DNA of 63,942 bases, the filler included, from Octopus bimaculoides (Eukaryota): assembly GCF_001194135.2 (NCBI RefSeq). It is 5 parts of 5 records of this genome, joined end to end, with 100 filler letters (N's around TTAATTAATTAA, not from the genome) between each part and the next. Parts side by side here need not be neighbours in the genome. Positions count along the whole stretch, not along the records: positions 27,253 to 48,107 come from NC_068992.1; positions 48,208 to 59,101 come from NC_068982.1; 3 more parts are not named here. One strand, 5' to 3'. Both the position numbers and the translations under genes were made by a program. The stretch's first letter is position 1, and each line of letters opens with the position of its first letter. Below are positions 37,480 to 50,231 of the stretch, piece by piece. Below the pieces are notes generated by a model. That model ran no database searches. It was not told the origin of the DNA and worked only from the letters and a program-made list of their open reading frames with translations.

Positions 37480-39471
37480 CACTGGTCAACAACAAAATTA
37501 TTGTCTGAATCTTTTTAGCTCATTTAGGACAATCCTGATGTGCAAAATCCAAAAATCACATTAGTTTTGCTCAATCAGGTCAGTTTTAGAAATATGGCCA
37601 CATGTTATTTTTAACATTTTTGTTTACATGTATGGGTATTTTTGCTTTATATGATGCAAAATGTTTTTTCTTGAAATAAACGAACTCAGTAGAGTTTGCA
37701 TGCACCTATTGATAACTAATTGGCATTTTTATTTTTATGTTGCATGTGAATGTAATGGCTTCGACCAGAAGATCTTGCAAATGTAAGCCCAACGCATTCT
37801 GCCACATATGCGGTGAATACACCATTGTTCCTAACAGAAATCCAGTCACAAATGTTATGCAACGTGCTTACCATGCTTATTTTGGTATTAAACCTTGTGA
37901 CCAGGATACAGCTTGGACGCCATATACGATTAGCAAAGCATGCCCAGAGAATCTGCTTCAGTGGACCAAGAGCAAGAAGTGTTGTCAGAAGTTTGGATTC
38001 CCATGGTTTGGAGGGAGCCGACTAACCATGCCACTGACAGCTATTTCTGCGCTATTGATGTGACTGGGATCAACTGATAAAACAGGAGCAGCCTCAATCA
38101 GAACGTCGTCTTGTAGCTCATCGTAATGAAATTCCAAAACCTATCTTCGGAGAACTTTCTGACACTAGTGATGAAGAATCTTCCAGTGTTCAAGAAGATG
38201 AAGACGAAGTATTTCTTGACGATGATGCTCCACATCTTTTTTCCCAAAAGGAGCTTAATAAATTAGTTCGCGATCTCGGATTGTCAAAGTCCTCTGCCAT
38301 TCGGTTGGCATCCAGATAGAAGGAAAAGTATTACTCTCTAATCATGTTCGCATCACCCTCTACCGCAACAGGCATCAAGGATACCTCCGTTTTTTTCTCT
38401 GTAGAGAAGGACTTGGTGTACTGTACAGATATTGCTCATCTTCTGTAGAAATCTAGAGTGTTACAGTACGAACCCAAATATTGGAAACTATTCATTCACA
38501 GCACCAATCGATAGTTGAAATGTGCTCTGCTGCACAACGACAACCAGTTTACCTCTATATCCCTCACTTGACTACACTAAAGGCTCTGTATCACTCGACT
38601 ACACTAAAGGAGAAGTATGAAGCGGTAAAGTATATGCTGCATCAGTTGTTTATTTGTGCCAGGATTTTCCAGGATTGACAATTGAGAATTTGAAAGCTGG
38701 CTTCTTTGACGGCCCTCAAATCCGTCAGAGAATCGGAGAGCCTGAGTTTTAAAACTCAATGAACGAAGTGGAACTGGAAGCGTGGAAAGATTGTGTCCTG
38801 CTTGTGACTAACTTTCTTGGCAACAACAAGGTGAGGAACTACGCAGAACCTGTCACCAATGTGCTGACTGCTTTCAGAAATCACGAATGCAGCATGAGCA
38901 TTAAAATGCATTACTTATTCTCACATATGGATCGGTTTCCTAAGAATCTGCGACGAGGAGGAGAGATTCCATCAGGACAAGAAAGAGATGGAGGCCAGGT
39001 ATCAGGAACACTGGGATGCAATCATGATGGCATATTAGTGTTGGACTCTGAATAGAGACATTCCTGCCGCTCAGCATCAAGAGGTTCGATTGAACAAAAG
39101 TTCAAGCCTTCAAGTTTGAACAATGATGACATGACATTTAATTTACATCTACTTATGTTTAGCAGTGTCTACTATTGACTTTATAGTAATCGAAGTTTGT
39201 AACATTTAATTAATAGATTGTTTTAGAAAACATTTTTATTTGATTTTAAAAAACCTATTTCGGATGAGAAATATAATCAAAAATCAACCACTAACGTCAG
39301 AAAAACGTAATCAATTTAGTCAGAAGATGGGAGTTTTTGAAAATCAACTTAGCATAGAAACATGACCTGATTGAGAGAAACGGATGTCATTTTCGGATTT
39401 AGCGGTATAAAATTATTCTAAAGCAGTTGAAAACACTACAACATCTTAGAATTTGTTTTTGTTATCCAGTG
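37480..39471 (+). mobile_element. Chapaev3-like (CMC superfamily) DNA transposon, internally deleted
   Basis: Termini CACTGG..CCAGTG; subterminal IR AATCCAAAAATCACATTAGTTTTGCTCAATCAGGTC / GACCTGATTGAGAGAAACGGATGTCATTTTCGGATT; 3-bp TSD TTA (37477-37479, 39472-39474). Transposase motifs FCHICGEYT, YFGIK..DQD, PMVWREPTNH, KAGFFDGPQIRQ, NFLGNNK, SIKMHYLFSHMDRFP, ERFHQD. Confidence 0.88.
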
Positions 39472-39982
39472 TTATTATCATTATTAAGTGAGAGAGCAGT
39501 GTATGCCGTCAAAGTGACACCGGGGTGCAAATATTTGAAGCCCAGTGTACTCGTCATGACTACCCGTCTAATAAAAGCACATGCATCACAAATATGTGGT
39601 GATCTCGTATAAAGATAAACAGCGTTTGACCTTGCAGGTCGAGTAGCCCATCCCACTCAAAAGGTCCCTGAATAAGGGTTGTTTAAGAATGTTGAACAAA
39701 ACACTCATGCTTCTAGAGGGGAATTATTCAAATCCAAAAGAATTCCTCTCAACACATAGCCATGATGCTCCCCCACTACTTCTGCTCGTGATCAGAGATG
39801 AACATATCGTCATCCACTAAGGGACATTTTCACCTCGCAAAGGTCAAGCAACTGATAAGCAAATGAACATGCAAATCTATTGAACAGAATATTTGCTGTA
39901 GCCCGTCTTTTATTCCAAGAAAAAGACAACGTATCTGATAACACTTCCTGTCAGTTATAATCAGAAACCATGAAAGCCACTG
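39472..39982 (-). mobile_element. SINE-like interspersed repeat (family D)
   Basis: Resembles an abundant octopod repeat recalled from memory; ends in a (TAA)n tail at the Chapaev junction. Confidence 0.6.
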
Positions 39983-40004
39983 TCTTTTACTGTATCAGGG
40001 AAAA

Positions 40005-40080
<76 letters not shown>

Positions 40081-40099
40081 GTTATTATTATTATGATCA

Positions 40100-40260
40100 T
40101 TATTATTTCATATACTCACAACCAATTGAACTGTTGGAAGAGAAAATGTTCCAAATATCGTGCCAAATCAAGTAACCTTAGATGCCTAGAACCTTCCTAA
40201 GTACCCTAACTGTCTCTAATAACAATGTTTTCTGGAGCTGTACTAAACAGGCTTTAAGCG
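40100..40260 (-). mobile_element. R4/Dong-like 3' stub with long (TAA)n tail (39995-40100)
   Basis: LVQLQKTLLLETVRVLRKVLGI* matches the LQKxxLLGTARILRKVL C-terminus. Confidence 0.75.
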
Positions 40261-40655
40261 TATTTCCTCTACCCATCAGTTCATATATGTAGAAATAGTT
40301 CCCAATGCACCTATACCTACAAGAATACCTTTTACCCGCACATTCCATAGTCTCTGTAATTCAACGTCTAGATCACCGTTTCGGGGTCGATAAAATATAT
40401 ATTTAAAAACTGGGCACGATGTAATCGAATTATCCCCTCCTCAGAACATGCTGACCTTGTGCTAGAATTTGAAATTATTTTTTGCATTTATTTTACTATT
40501 CTGTGTTGCTCCGCCTTATATAGATATTCCCAATGAAATTTTATTGTGCACTATGTGGTTCTTATTTGAACGTTAAGTATAGTACATACTAGTGTATAAG
40601 ATGTTATTCATGTTCACGCAACCACATACAAACATTTATATATCTGTGCAAGTGT

Positions 40656-40749
<94 letters not shown>

Positions 40750-42647
40750 GTGCGTGTGTGTGTGTGTGTGTGCGTCTGTGTACATATATGAGTGTATGTT
40801 TAAACATTACGTTTATCAATTCGCTTTGCAACTTTCCCGATGTGAAATTGTGTGTTCAAACAGATATTGTTGTATTTCGAGACGGTCATTTTCCCCCGCA
40901 AAATAACGCACGCACTATCCTGAAATACAACAATATATGTTTAAACATTCCTCTCGAAAAATATCCAGCATTATTACCTAACAATTATATGACACAAATG
41001 TATGCACTGCAACTTCTCTATTCTTATTCATAGATTTAAATTTAATCTCACAGTAATTAACTTGATAATCTCATATTAGCTTTTGTAATTTGATTTAAAT
41101 ATGTTAACGCATTATCGTTGAATATATTGTATCGTTCCATATATCCCATTAATTATTTGCACTTTAAATCTGCTTACATTTCTATTTATCTGCACAATAA
41201 CTATTGTCCATCATAATTTAGAAATTTCTATTTGCCGTCTACCGTACTAATAAGTATACTCACAGGAGCATATAATCTCTCAAGCAATCACTATGTATTC
41301 TAATTCTTTAGATAAATCCTCACAATCACGAGAAAAGGGGAATACTGCGCTTGTCTCCGTTTATTTACTGACTGGAAAGATAGCTATTGGGTGACGATTA
41401 TCCGATTCCTGCAGCAAAACAAATAATTGTTTTTCAGCACATCACCATTATCAGAGATTATCATTCGAAGAATGATTCCCTAAGACCTTGTTTTAATTAA
41501 CGATTGTCATTTACACATCTGGTGAGGTAAATTAGAAAATAAAAAATAAAGTATTTAGAAACTTAAATATAAACAAAAGTGTTAAAATAAATATTAAACC
41601 TTAATCGATTATCTACTGAAGAACGAAATAACCGAGATATGCCTCACTGTCTCCGATTTTAACAAATTTCAGATAAGTGAAGTTGAAAAATTCATTGTTA
41701 CAGGTATCGGTATTGAGAACTTCAATTAAAGTTAACTAGATGTAATGATTTAGTCTTTCTTCGGTTTACTTTTCGCCGTCAACCTTATATTGAAGTGCGA
41801 AAAGTTTTGCAACTCTATTTGAAAAGAGAAAAACACATTTTCATTAGTTACCCTAATAAAAGAGCGATATTATTTAGCATGTTTAAATGAGATTCTTCTT
41901 GTTTTCTTCATCCCCATAGGCACAGGAACAGAATGCAGGTTGCTTGCTGTGATGTTATGTACATTCAGTAATTAAATATCTCGTTTAAATAACTGAAAAT
42001 CGCAATGCCTTTGTTCATGTGTGCCAATGTACATTCCTCATTGAGTGNNNNNNNNNNNNNNNNNNNNNNNNNNNNNNNNNNNNNNNNNNNNNNNNNNNNN
42101 NNNNNNNNNNNNNNNNNNNNNNNNNNNNNNNNNNNNNNNNNNNNNNNNNNNNNNNNNNNNNNNNNNNNNNNNNNNNNNNNNNNNNNNNNNNNNNNNNNNN
42201 NNNNNNNNNNNNNNNNNNNNNNNNNNNNNNNNNNNNNNNNNNNNNNNNNNNNNNNNNNNNNNNNNNNNNNNNNNNNNNNNNNNNNNNNNNNNNNNNNNNN
42301 NNNNNNNNNNNNNNNNNNNNNNNNNNNNNNNNNNNNNNNNNNNNNNNNNNNNNNNNNNNNNNNNNNNNNNNNNNNNNNNNNNNNNNNNNNNNNNNNNNNN
42401 NNNNNNNNNNNNNNNNNNNNNNNNNNNNNNNNNNNNNNNNNNNNNNNNNNNNNNNNNNNNNNNNNNNNNNNNNNNNNNNNNNNNNNNNNNNNNNNNNNNN
42501 NNNNNNNNNNNNNNNNNNNNNNNNNNNNNNNNNNNNNNNNNNNNNNNNNNNNNNNNNNNNNNNNNNNNNNNNNNNNNNNNNNNNNNNNNNNNNNNNNNNN
42601 NNNNNNNNNNNNNNNNNNNNNNNNNNNNNNNNNNNNNNNNNNNNNNA

Positions 42648-44362
42648 CTCACTAATCAAAAACAAAAGTGAGCACATCCCACATCTAGATGAATTCTGCA
42701 ACAACATTGAGAACTTCCCTTACCACACCATGCATAAACAGACAGTTAACTCAAACTTTAACACTACACAATGGAAGGAACTAATAGAACTTCAAAATAA
42801 TGAAGATATTACGATTAAGGAAGCAGATAAAGGAAGTGCAGTTGTGATAATGAACACATTATACTATAGAAATCTAGTATTCTCCATACTTGATGACAAT
42901 CAACACTATGAAAAAGTCACAAACTACACCCTACAAAAATAATGAAAACCCTGTCCTCACTAATTAAAACACGTGGAAATGAACTGACAACCAAGGAGAT
43001 TGATTTTCTAACAAGCTTCAAATGCAAGCCAAGCCTCTTCTATGGTCTGCCAAAAATACACAAAAGCCAGATTATAAATGAAACCATCAAAAAATCACCA
43101 AAGACGTACATACATACACCAAACCCGGGGGACCTAAAACTACGACCCATCATAGCTGGGCCAGCTTGTGAAACACACAGACTAAGTCTATTTATGGACA
43201 TCCTCCTAAAACCCTTCCTTAAACACATCAATAGCTATATCAGAGATGACCTGGATATGTTAGATCACCTCCCAAAGAATGTCAAGGAAGAAACAATCAT
43301 GGTTTCATTTGATGTGATTAATTTATACACCAGTATACCTCACAATTATGGACTAGAGGCAATTCAGTTCTGGCTGGACCAATTCCCGGAAGAAATCCCA
43401 AACAGGATCAGTAAAGAATTTATTACTAAATCGGTTGAATTCATCTTACGAAACAACCACTTCATGTTTGACAATACTTTCTANNNNNNNNNNNNNNNNN
43501 NNNNNNNNNNNNNNNNNNNNNNNNNNNNNNNNNNNNNNNNNNNNNNNNNNNNNNNNNNNNNNNNNNNNNNNNNNNNNNNNNNNNNNNNNNNNNNNNNNNN
43601 NNNNNNNNNNNNNNNNNNNNNNNNNNNNNNNNNNNNNNNNNNNNNNNNNNNNNNNNNNNNNNNNNNNNNNNNNNNNNNNNNNNNNNNNNNNNNNNNNNNN
43701 NNNNNNNNNNNNNNNNNNNNNNNNNNNNNNNNNNNNNNNNNNNNNNNNNNNNNNNNNNNNNNNNNNNNNNNNNNNNNNNNNNNNNNNNNNNNNNNNNNNN
43801 NNNNNNNNNNNNNNNNNNNNNNNNNNNNNNNNNNNNNNNNNNNNNNNNNNNNNNNNNNNNNNNNNNNNNNNNNNNNNNNNNNNNNNNNNNNNNNNNNNNN
43901 NNNNNNNNNNNNNNNNNNNNNNNNNNNNNNNNNNNNNNNNNNNNNNNNNNNNNNNNNNNNNNNNNNNNNNNNNNNNNNNNNNNNNNNNNNNGCCCAAACC
44001 TTCTAGAAGGTTCAGATTTCCTCTTCAAAGAGGGACAAAAATTCAAAGTTAAATCTGACTTTACTTGTTCCTCAGAAAACCTTATTTATGTAATAAGATG
44101 CTCGGGCTGCCACGAAAACTACATAGGGTCCACAGGATTAACGCTCAGACGCAGATGCACTCTGCATCGACAGCAGATTGCATGCCCAGAATACCGAGTG
44201 ATACCCTTTAGTGAGCATATTGAGAAATGCGCAAAACAAATGCTACCACAATATATAATCTTTCCTTTCTATCAATGTGCCATTAATACACCAACACAAA
44301 TTTGATTGAATAAGGAAACCTTCTTCATTCAAAAATATAAACCCAATCTCAACCATTGCTAA
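42648..44362 (+). mobile_element. Penelope-like retroelement (RT + GIY-YIG endonuclease), probably Neptune-type, recently inactivated
   Basis: IKEADKGSAVVIM, FYGLPKIHK, LRPIIAGP, VSFDVINLYTSIPH; C-terminal FTCSSENLIYVIRCSGCHENYIGSTG..KETFFIQKYKPNLN. Frameshifts near 42940 and 44040 and an in-frame TGA near 44303; the RT core and 5' end fall in gaps. Confidence 0.93.
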
Positions 44363-44915
44363 CACTTTTAAATATGGAAATTCACCTCACGGAGAGGGAA
44401 AAATTATAGAGCAAAACGTAACTTCGAAACCAAACCATGATAAATTAACCAAAATCTACCAACTTCTACATTTCGATTATCTCCCTTATACCGGAAGATA
44501 TCCCTAATTACCTCCCCCTATCTAGAACTCTTTTATTTACACACGGGAGCGTAGAAATGTTACCATGAAATACAGAAATTTGAAAAGACAACACGAATCC
44601 GGTTATTTCTCCAAATACAATGGTTATATCCCCAAAAAATTTGATAACATTTTTCTGACATATTTTAAATATATACTTTAACCATGTAACACAAGCCTTC
44701 TGTAGTTTTTTCACTCTTGTTTATATATGTATATATATATGTATATCGTTTGTAAAAATCATAAATCAGAAAGAAGAAGCACACTCTAAGATATAGAGCA
44801 GTATATATTTAAAAAGACGAATGCCACTTTCTGGGATTACATTAAATGATTTATGGACGGGAACCCTAAATTAATGCCATAATCCGATATAAATAGATAG
44901 ATAGATATATAGATA

Positions 44916-46155
44916 CATGTGCTTACAACTTTAGCAGCTAAATTATTATTATTTGCAGCAAATCACAAACGCTTCCCATATAAAACATCATACACGCCAA
45001 CACACACACACGATCACTATGCACACCTAGTCACACAAACATATATACAGAATTATTCATATGTAAAGAATCACTCACATACCAGTAAGCATATATCTGC
45101 TCACATTCCCTGATANNNNNNNNNNNNNNNNNNNNNNNNNNNNNNNNNNNNNNNNNNNNNNNNNNNNNNNNNNNNNNNNNNNNNNNNNNNNNNNNNNNNN
45201 NNNNNNNNNNNNNNNNNNNNNNNNNNNNNNNNNNNNNNNNNNNNNNNNNNNNNNNNNNNNNNNNNNNNNNNNNNNNNNNNNNNNNNNNNNNNNNNNNNNN
45301 NNNNNNNNNNNNNNNNNNNNNNNNNNNNNNNNNNNNNNNNNNNNNNNNNNNNNNNNNNNNNNNNNNNNNNNNNNNNNNNNNNNNNNNNNNNNNNNNNNNN
45401 NNNNNNNNNNNNNNNNNNNNNNNNNNNNNNNNNNNNNNNNNNNNNNNNNNNNNNNNNNNNNNNNNNNNNNNNNNNNNNNNNNNNNNNNNNNNNNNNNNNN
45501 NNNNNNNNNNNNNNNNNNNNNNNNNNNNNNNNNNNNNNNNNNNNNNNNNNNNNNNNNNNNNNNNNNNNNNNNNNNNNNNNNNNNNNNNNNNNNNNNNNNN
45601 NNNNNNNNNNNNNNNNNNNNNNNNNNNNNNNNNNNNNNNNNNNNNNNNNNNNNNNNNNNNNNNNNNNNNNNNNNNNNNNNNNNNNNNNNNNNNNNNNNNN
45701 NNNNNNNNNNNNNNNNNNNNNNNNNNNNNNNNNNNNNNNNNNNNNNNNNNNNNNNNNNNNNNNNNNNNNNNNNNNNNNNNNNNNNNNNNNNNNNNNNNNN
45801 NNNNNNNNNNNNNNNNNNNNNNNNNNNNNNNNNNNNNNNNNNNNNNNNNNNNNNNNNNNNNNNNNNNNNNNNNNNNNNNNNNNNNNNNNNNNNNNNNNNN
45901 NNNNNNNNNNNNNNNNNNNNNNNNNNNNNNNNNNNNNNNNNNNNNNNNNNNNNNNCATGTGCTTACAACTTTAGCAGCTAAATTATTATTATTTGCAGCA
46001 AATCACAAACGCTTCCCATATAAAACATCATACACGCCAACACACACACACGATCACTATGCACACCTAGTCACACAAACATATATACAGAATTATTCAT
46101 ATGTAAAGAATCACTCACATACCAGTAAGCATATATCTGCTCACATTCCCTGATA
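44916..46155. other. Exact 200-bp duplication flanking an N gap (assembly overlap artefact)
   Basis: 44916-45115 is identical to 45956-46155, and both abut the gap. Confidence 0.85.
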
Positions 46156-47859
46156 AAGTTTAACAGAATACTCCTTAATTATTCTGACATTTAGCTGTTA
46201 CAACCTAATATATGTAATTTATCACTCACTGCTTTTTTTTTCAGAGGCAGTTTTCTCTATCTATTCGTATATTTGTCTGAGTTAGCGTTCGAGGTGTATC
46301 TGTCTCTATGTCTATCTAGTGTAAGTACACCAACTTTACAGAGAAGTACATGCATATCCTCCACAACAACGTGACATAACATTACACAACCTAGGGAATC
46401 AAATGCACACATATATTCCTTTGTATAATGTACTACTACAGGATAAAAGAATACAGGATAAAAGAAGCCAATGCACATATACATAAGCGCATTAAAGTAT
46501 ATCTCATTGCATCTGCAACACCATATGTGATTATCTGTTTCTGTGTAATGCTAATATAAATTCTATCAAATTCACTTCAACCTGGTAAAATACCGATTAC
46601 TCCCATTTAAGGCAATGCACCAATAGAACTGTACCTAATAAGAGTACCCACACATTACAACGGTCCAGTGACATTTGTATTGTATTAGTATAAGCACACC
46701 TTTCTACTTGTAATAAAGTATGAATGTTCACATTATAAATCCAACAGGTACGCATACACACACAACTGCCCTTCAGAAAGTTTATATACTTTGCTCATGT
46801 ATACGTACATTTATAGATGGATGCGTATGTGTGTGTGCACGTGCATTTGTGTGTGCATTTATCAAAACCATTTTATTTAAAATCCTTGGTAATTTAAGTT
46901 TCAGAGCGCGTTGCAAATCCAAAGCAATTGGAAATTTGTATATAAATTTATATATATATATGTATATATATANNNNNNNNNNNNNNNNNNNNNNNNNNNN
47001 NNNNNNNNNNNNNNNNNNNNNNNNNNNNNNNNNNNNNNNNNNNNNNNNNNNNNNNNNNNNNNNNNNNNNNNNNNNNNNNNNNNNNNNNNNNNNNNNNNNN
47101 NNNNNNNNNNNNNNNNNNNNNNNNNNNNNNNNNNNNNNNNNNNNNNNNNNNNNNNNNNNNNNNNNNNNNNNNNNNNNNNNNNNNNNNNNNNNNNNNNNNN
47201 NNNNNNNNNNNNNNNNNNNNNNNNNNNNNNNNNNNNNNNNNNNNNNNNNNNNNNNNNNNNNNNNNNNNNNNNNNNNNNNNNNNNNNNNNNNNNNNNNNNN
47301 NNNNNNNNNNNNNNNNNNNNNNNNNNNNNNNNNNNNNNNNNNNNNNNNNNNNNNNNNNNNNNNNNNNNNNNNNNNNNNNNNNNNNNNNNNNNNNNNNNNN
47401 NNNNNNNNNNNNNNNNNNNNNNNNNNNNNNNNNNNNNNNNNNNNNNNNNNNNNNNNNNNNNNNNNNNNNNNNNNNNNNNNNNNNNNNNNNNNNNNNNNNN
47501 NNNNNNNNNNNNNNNNNNNNNNNNNNNNNNNNNNNNNNNNNNNNNNNNNNNNNNNNNNNNNNNNNNNNNNNNNNNNNNNNNNNNNNNNNNNNNNNNNNNN
47601 NNNNNNNNNNNNNNNNNNNNNNNNNNNNNNNNNNNNNNNNNNNNNNNNNNNNNNNNNNNNNNNNNNNNNNNNNNNNNNNNNNNNNNNNNNNNNNNNNNNN
47701 NNNNNNNNNNNNNNNNNNNNNNNNNNNNNNNNNNNNNNNNNNNNNNNNNNNNNNNNNNNNNNNNNNNNNNNNNNNNNNNNNNNNNNNNNNNNNNNNNNNN
47801 NNNATTTTAAAATGTCTGAAACAAATTCAGTAAATGGCAAAAAAGGCTTGGGAACATCA

Positions 47860-48107
47860 GGGGAACAGGTCTGGCCCGGCAGGTGTCCCAGTGTATCACA
47901 GGCTGGACCCGGTCGTCATCCTGCCACTGTGGTCAAATAGTCCTCAATAAAAAGTAAACATAAACATCGTTTGAATTTTGGCTGTTGGAATGTGCGCACA
48001 CTTCTTGATGATAATTTCACGAAGAGGCCAGAAAGGCGTACTGCACTTATTGCATGTGAGCTAAAGAAATATTCCCTTGATATAGTTGCTCTCTCTGAAA
48101 CTCGTCT
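47860..48107 (+). mobile_element. 5' end of an RTE/BovB-like LINE (APE endonuclease start)
   Basis: LNFGCWNVRTLLDD..RPERRTALIACELKKYSLDIVALSETR; cut off by the linker. Confidence 0.9.
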
Positions 48108-48207
48108 NNNNNNNNNNNNNNNNNNNNNNNNNNNNNNNNNNNNNNNNNNNNTTAATTAATTAANNNNNNNNNNNNNNNNNNNNNNNNNNNNNNNNNNNNN
48201 NNNNNNN
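48108..48207. other. Artificial scaffold-joining linker
   Basis: 44 N + TTAATTAATTAA (48152-48163) + 44 N. Confidence 0.95.
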
Positions 48208-48547
48208 GATCCGATCAACGGAACAGCCTGCTCGTGAAATTAACGTGCAAGTGGCTGAGCATTCCACAGACATGTGTACCCTTAATGTAGTTCTCGGGGA
48301 TATTCAGCGTGACACAGTGTGACAAGGCTGGCCCTTTGAAATACAGGTACAACAGAAACAGGAAGAAAGAGTGAGAGAAAGTTGTGGTGAAAGAGTAGAG
48401 CAGGGTTCGCCACCACCCACTGCCGGAGCCTCGTGGAGTTTTAGCTGTTTTCGCCCAATAAACACTCACAACGCCCGGTCTGGGAATCGAAACCGCGATC
48501 CTATGACCGCGAGTCCGCTGTCCTAGCCACTGGGCTATTGCACCTCC
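48208..48547 (-). mobile_element. tRNA-derived SINE family C with intact head
   Basis: Minus strand GGAGGTGCAATAGCCCAGTGGCTAGG..GGTTTCGATTCCC shows A- and B-box-like motifs. Confidence 0.88.
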
Positions 48548-48770
48548 ACATATAACAAATAGTGAGGGGTTATTAATCCGGGCAAAATACTTCATAAGCC
48601 CTCTGTTGGTAACATTACTTGAATTAGAGAAGTGCTCCAAATAATCTTTTGGTAGGGTCCAAAGTTATGGTTCATCATCATTCTATATTGTAAATCAGGG
48701 GATGGGCTTCATATAGACTGAATACATATCGAGAATTATATGTAATGACTATTATTTTAACTTGTCTATT

Positions 48771-48805
<35 letters not shown>

Positions 48806-49435
48806 NNNNNNNNNNNNNNNNNNNNNNNNNNNNNNNNNNNNNNNNNNNNNNNNNNNNNNNNNNNNNNNNNNNNNNNNNNNNNNNNNNNNNNNNNNNNNNN
48901 NNNNNNNNNNNNNNNNNNNNNNNNNNNNNNNNNNNNNNNNNNNNNNNNNNNNNNNNNNNNNNNNNNNNNNNNNNNNNNNNNNNNNNNNNNNNNNNNNNNN
49001 NNNNNNNNNNNNNNNNNNNNNNNNNNNNNNNNNNNNNNNNNNNNNNNNNNNNNNNNNNNNNNNNNNNNNNNNNNNNNNNNNNNNNNNNNNNNNNNNNNNN
49101 NNNNNNNNNNNNNNNNNNNNNNNNNNNNNNNNNNNNNNNNNNNNNNNNNNNNNNNNNNNNNNNNNNNNNNNNNNNNNNNNNNNNNNNNNNNNNNNNNNNN
49201 NNNNNNNNNNNNNNNNNNNNNNNNNNNNNNNNNNNNNNNNNNNNNNNNNNNTCGAGAATTATATGTAATGACTATTATTTTAACTTGTCTATTATACATA
49301 TATATATATTAGAAGGTTTAGAGGTGATGTACAGGTATTAGAGATCTGGATGGTTGCACATTTACAGATTTGTATTAATATGTCACATGTTTTTATAAAT
49401 CATATATTAGCGCTTTCATCTACTCTAATAGATTC

Positions 49436-49925
49436 TAGATGAAAGCGCTAATATATGATTGTGAAGCAATTCGTCGAATCACCATCCGTGACGGTTCAGT
49501 TCAGTCCATTATGACTGAAGATTTGGGTATGAGACGCATGTCTGCCAAATTTGTGCCAAAACTGCTTTCAGCTGACCAAAAAGTCACTCGGGTTTCAGTT
49601 GCACAAAATCTCTTTGATTGTGTCGAGAACGATGATAACTTCTTGAAAATTTTGCGTAGGCCTCTAGGCAGATATTGCTAAGCTTTTGACAAAATTCGAT
49701 GCAGGTTCTCTGCTCAGCTTTCTGTCATGGTCAATGCGACGAACACACCCTAGACGCATTACTTCCAAACACTACTGGAAATAGCGGAAGTGAGCTAGAA
49801 CGTTAAAACTTAGGGCTCATGCAAAGTAGAGTTCAAGGTCAATCTGTGCTAAGCGGCTTTACTCTGTATGCTTTAGCTTCGTTATTATGACAACTGTCAG
49901 GATACTTATTGATCAGACCGCGTAT
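49436..49925. mobile_element. Rearranged mariner: internal transposase fragment on + (49436-49660), left end and TIR on - (49670-49925)
   Basis: Plus strand GSVQSIMTEDLGMRRMSAKFVPKLLSADQK; minus strand TA|CGCGGTCTGATCAATAAGTATCC TIR and a start reading ..EQRTCIEFCQKL. Confidence 0.85.
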
Positions 49926-50188
49926 ATATGTGCGTGCGTGTTTGCAGAGTGTATGTGTATCTGGGTGCGTGTGTATCTGTGTGTGTGTGCGTGCGGGCGT
50001 GTGTATGTGTGTGTATCATGTTTTTTTCTCGTATCAGTCAATCGACTTAAGCCATGCTGTGGCAACTCCTTGAAGGGTAGTTTAGTGGAACAAATTGATA
50101 CCAGAATTTTTTTGTCGAATCGCTAACTCATGGGGACATAAACAAACCATCGTTAGTTGCTAAGCAATATTGGGACAGTCAAAATCAC

Positions 50189-50231
<43 letters not shown>

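Noticed and set aside
39366-39392. CTGATTGA-GA-GAAAC-GGAT-GTC hammerhead look-alike
   Set aside because: There is no stem II or stem I, and it lies in the Chapaev subterminal inverted repeat; chance match.
48729-49308. Direct repeats flanking gaps (48729-48790 vs 49252-49308; also 25957-26009 vs 26250-26302)
   Set aside because: Identical sequence abutting both gap edges indicates unmerged contig overlap, not LTRs or biological duplication.
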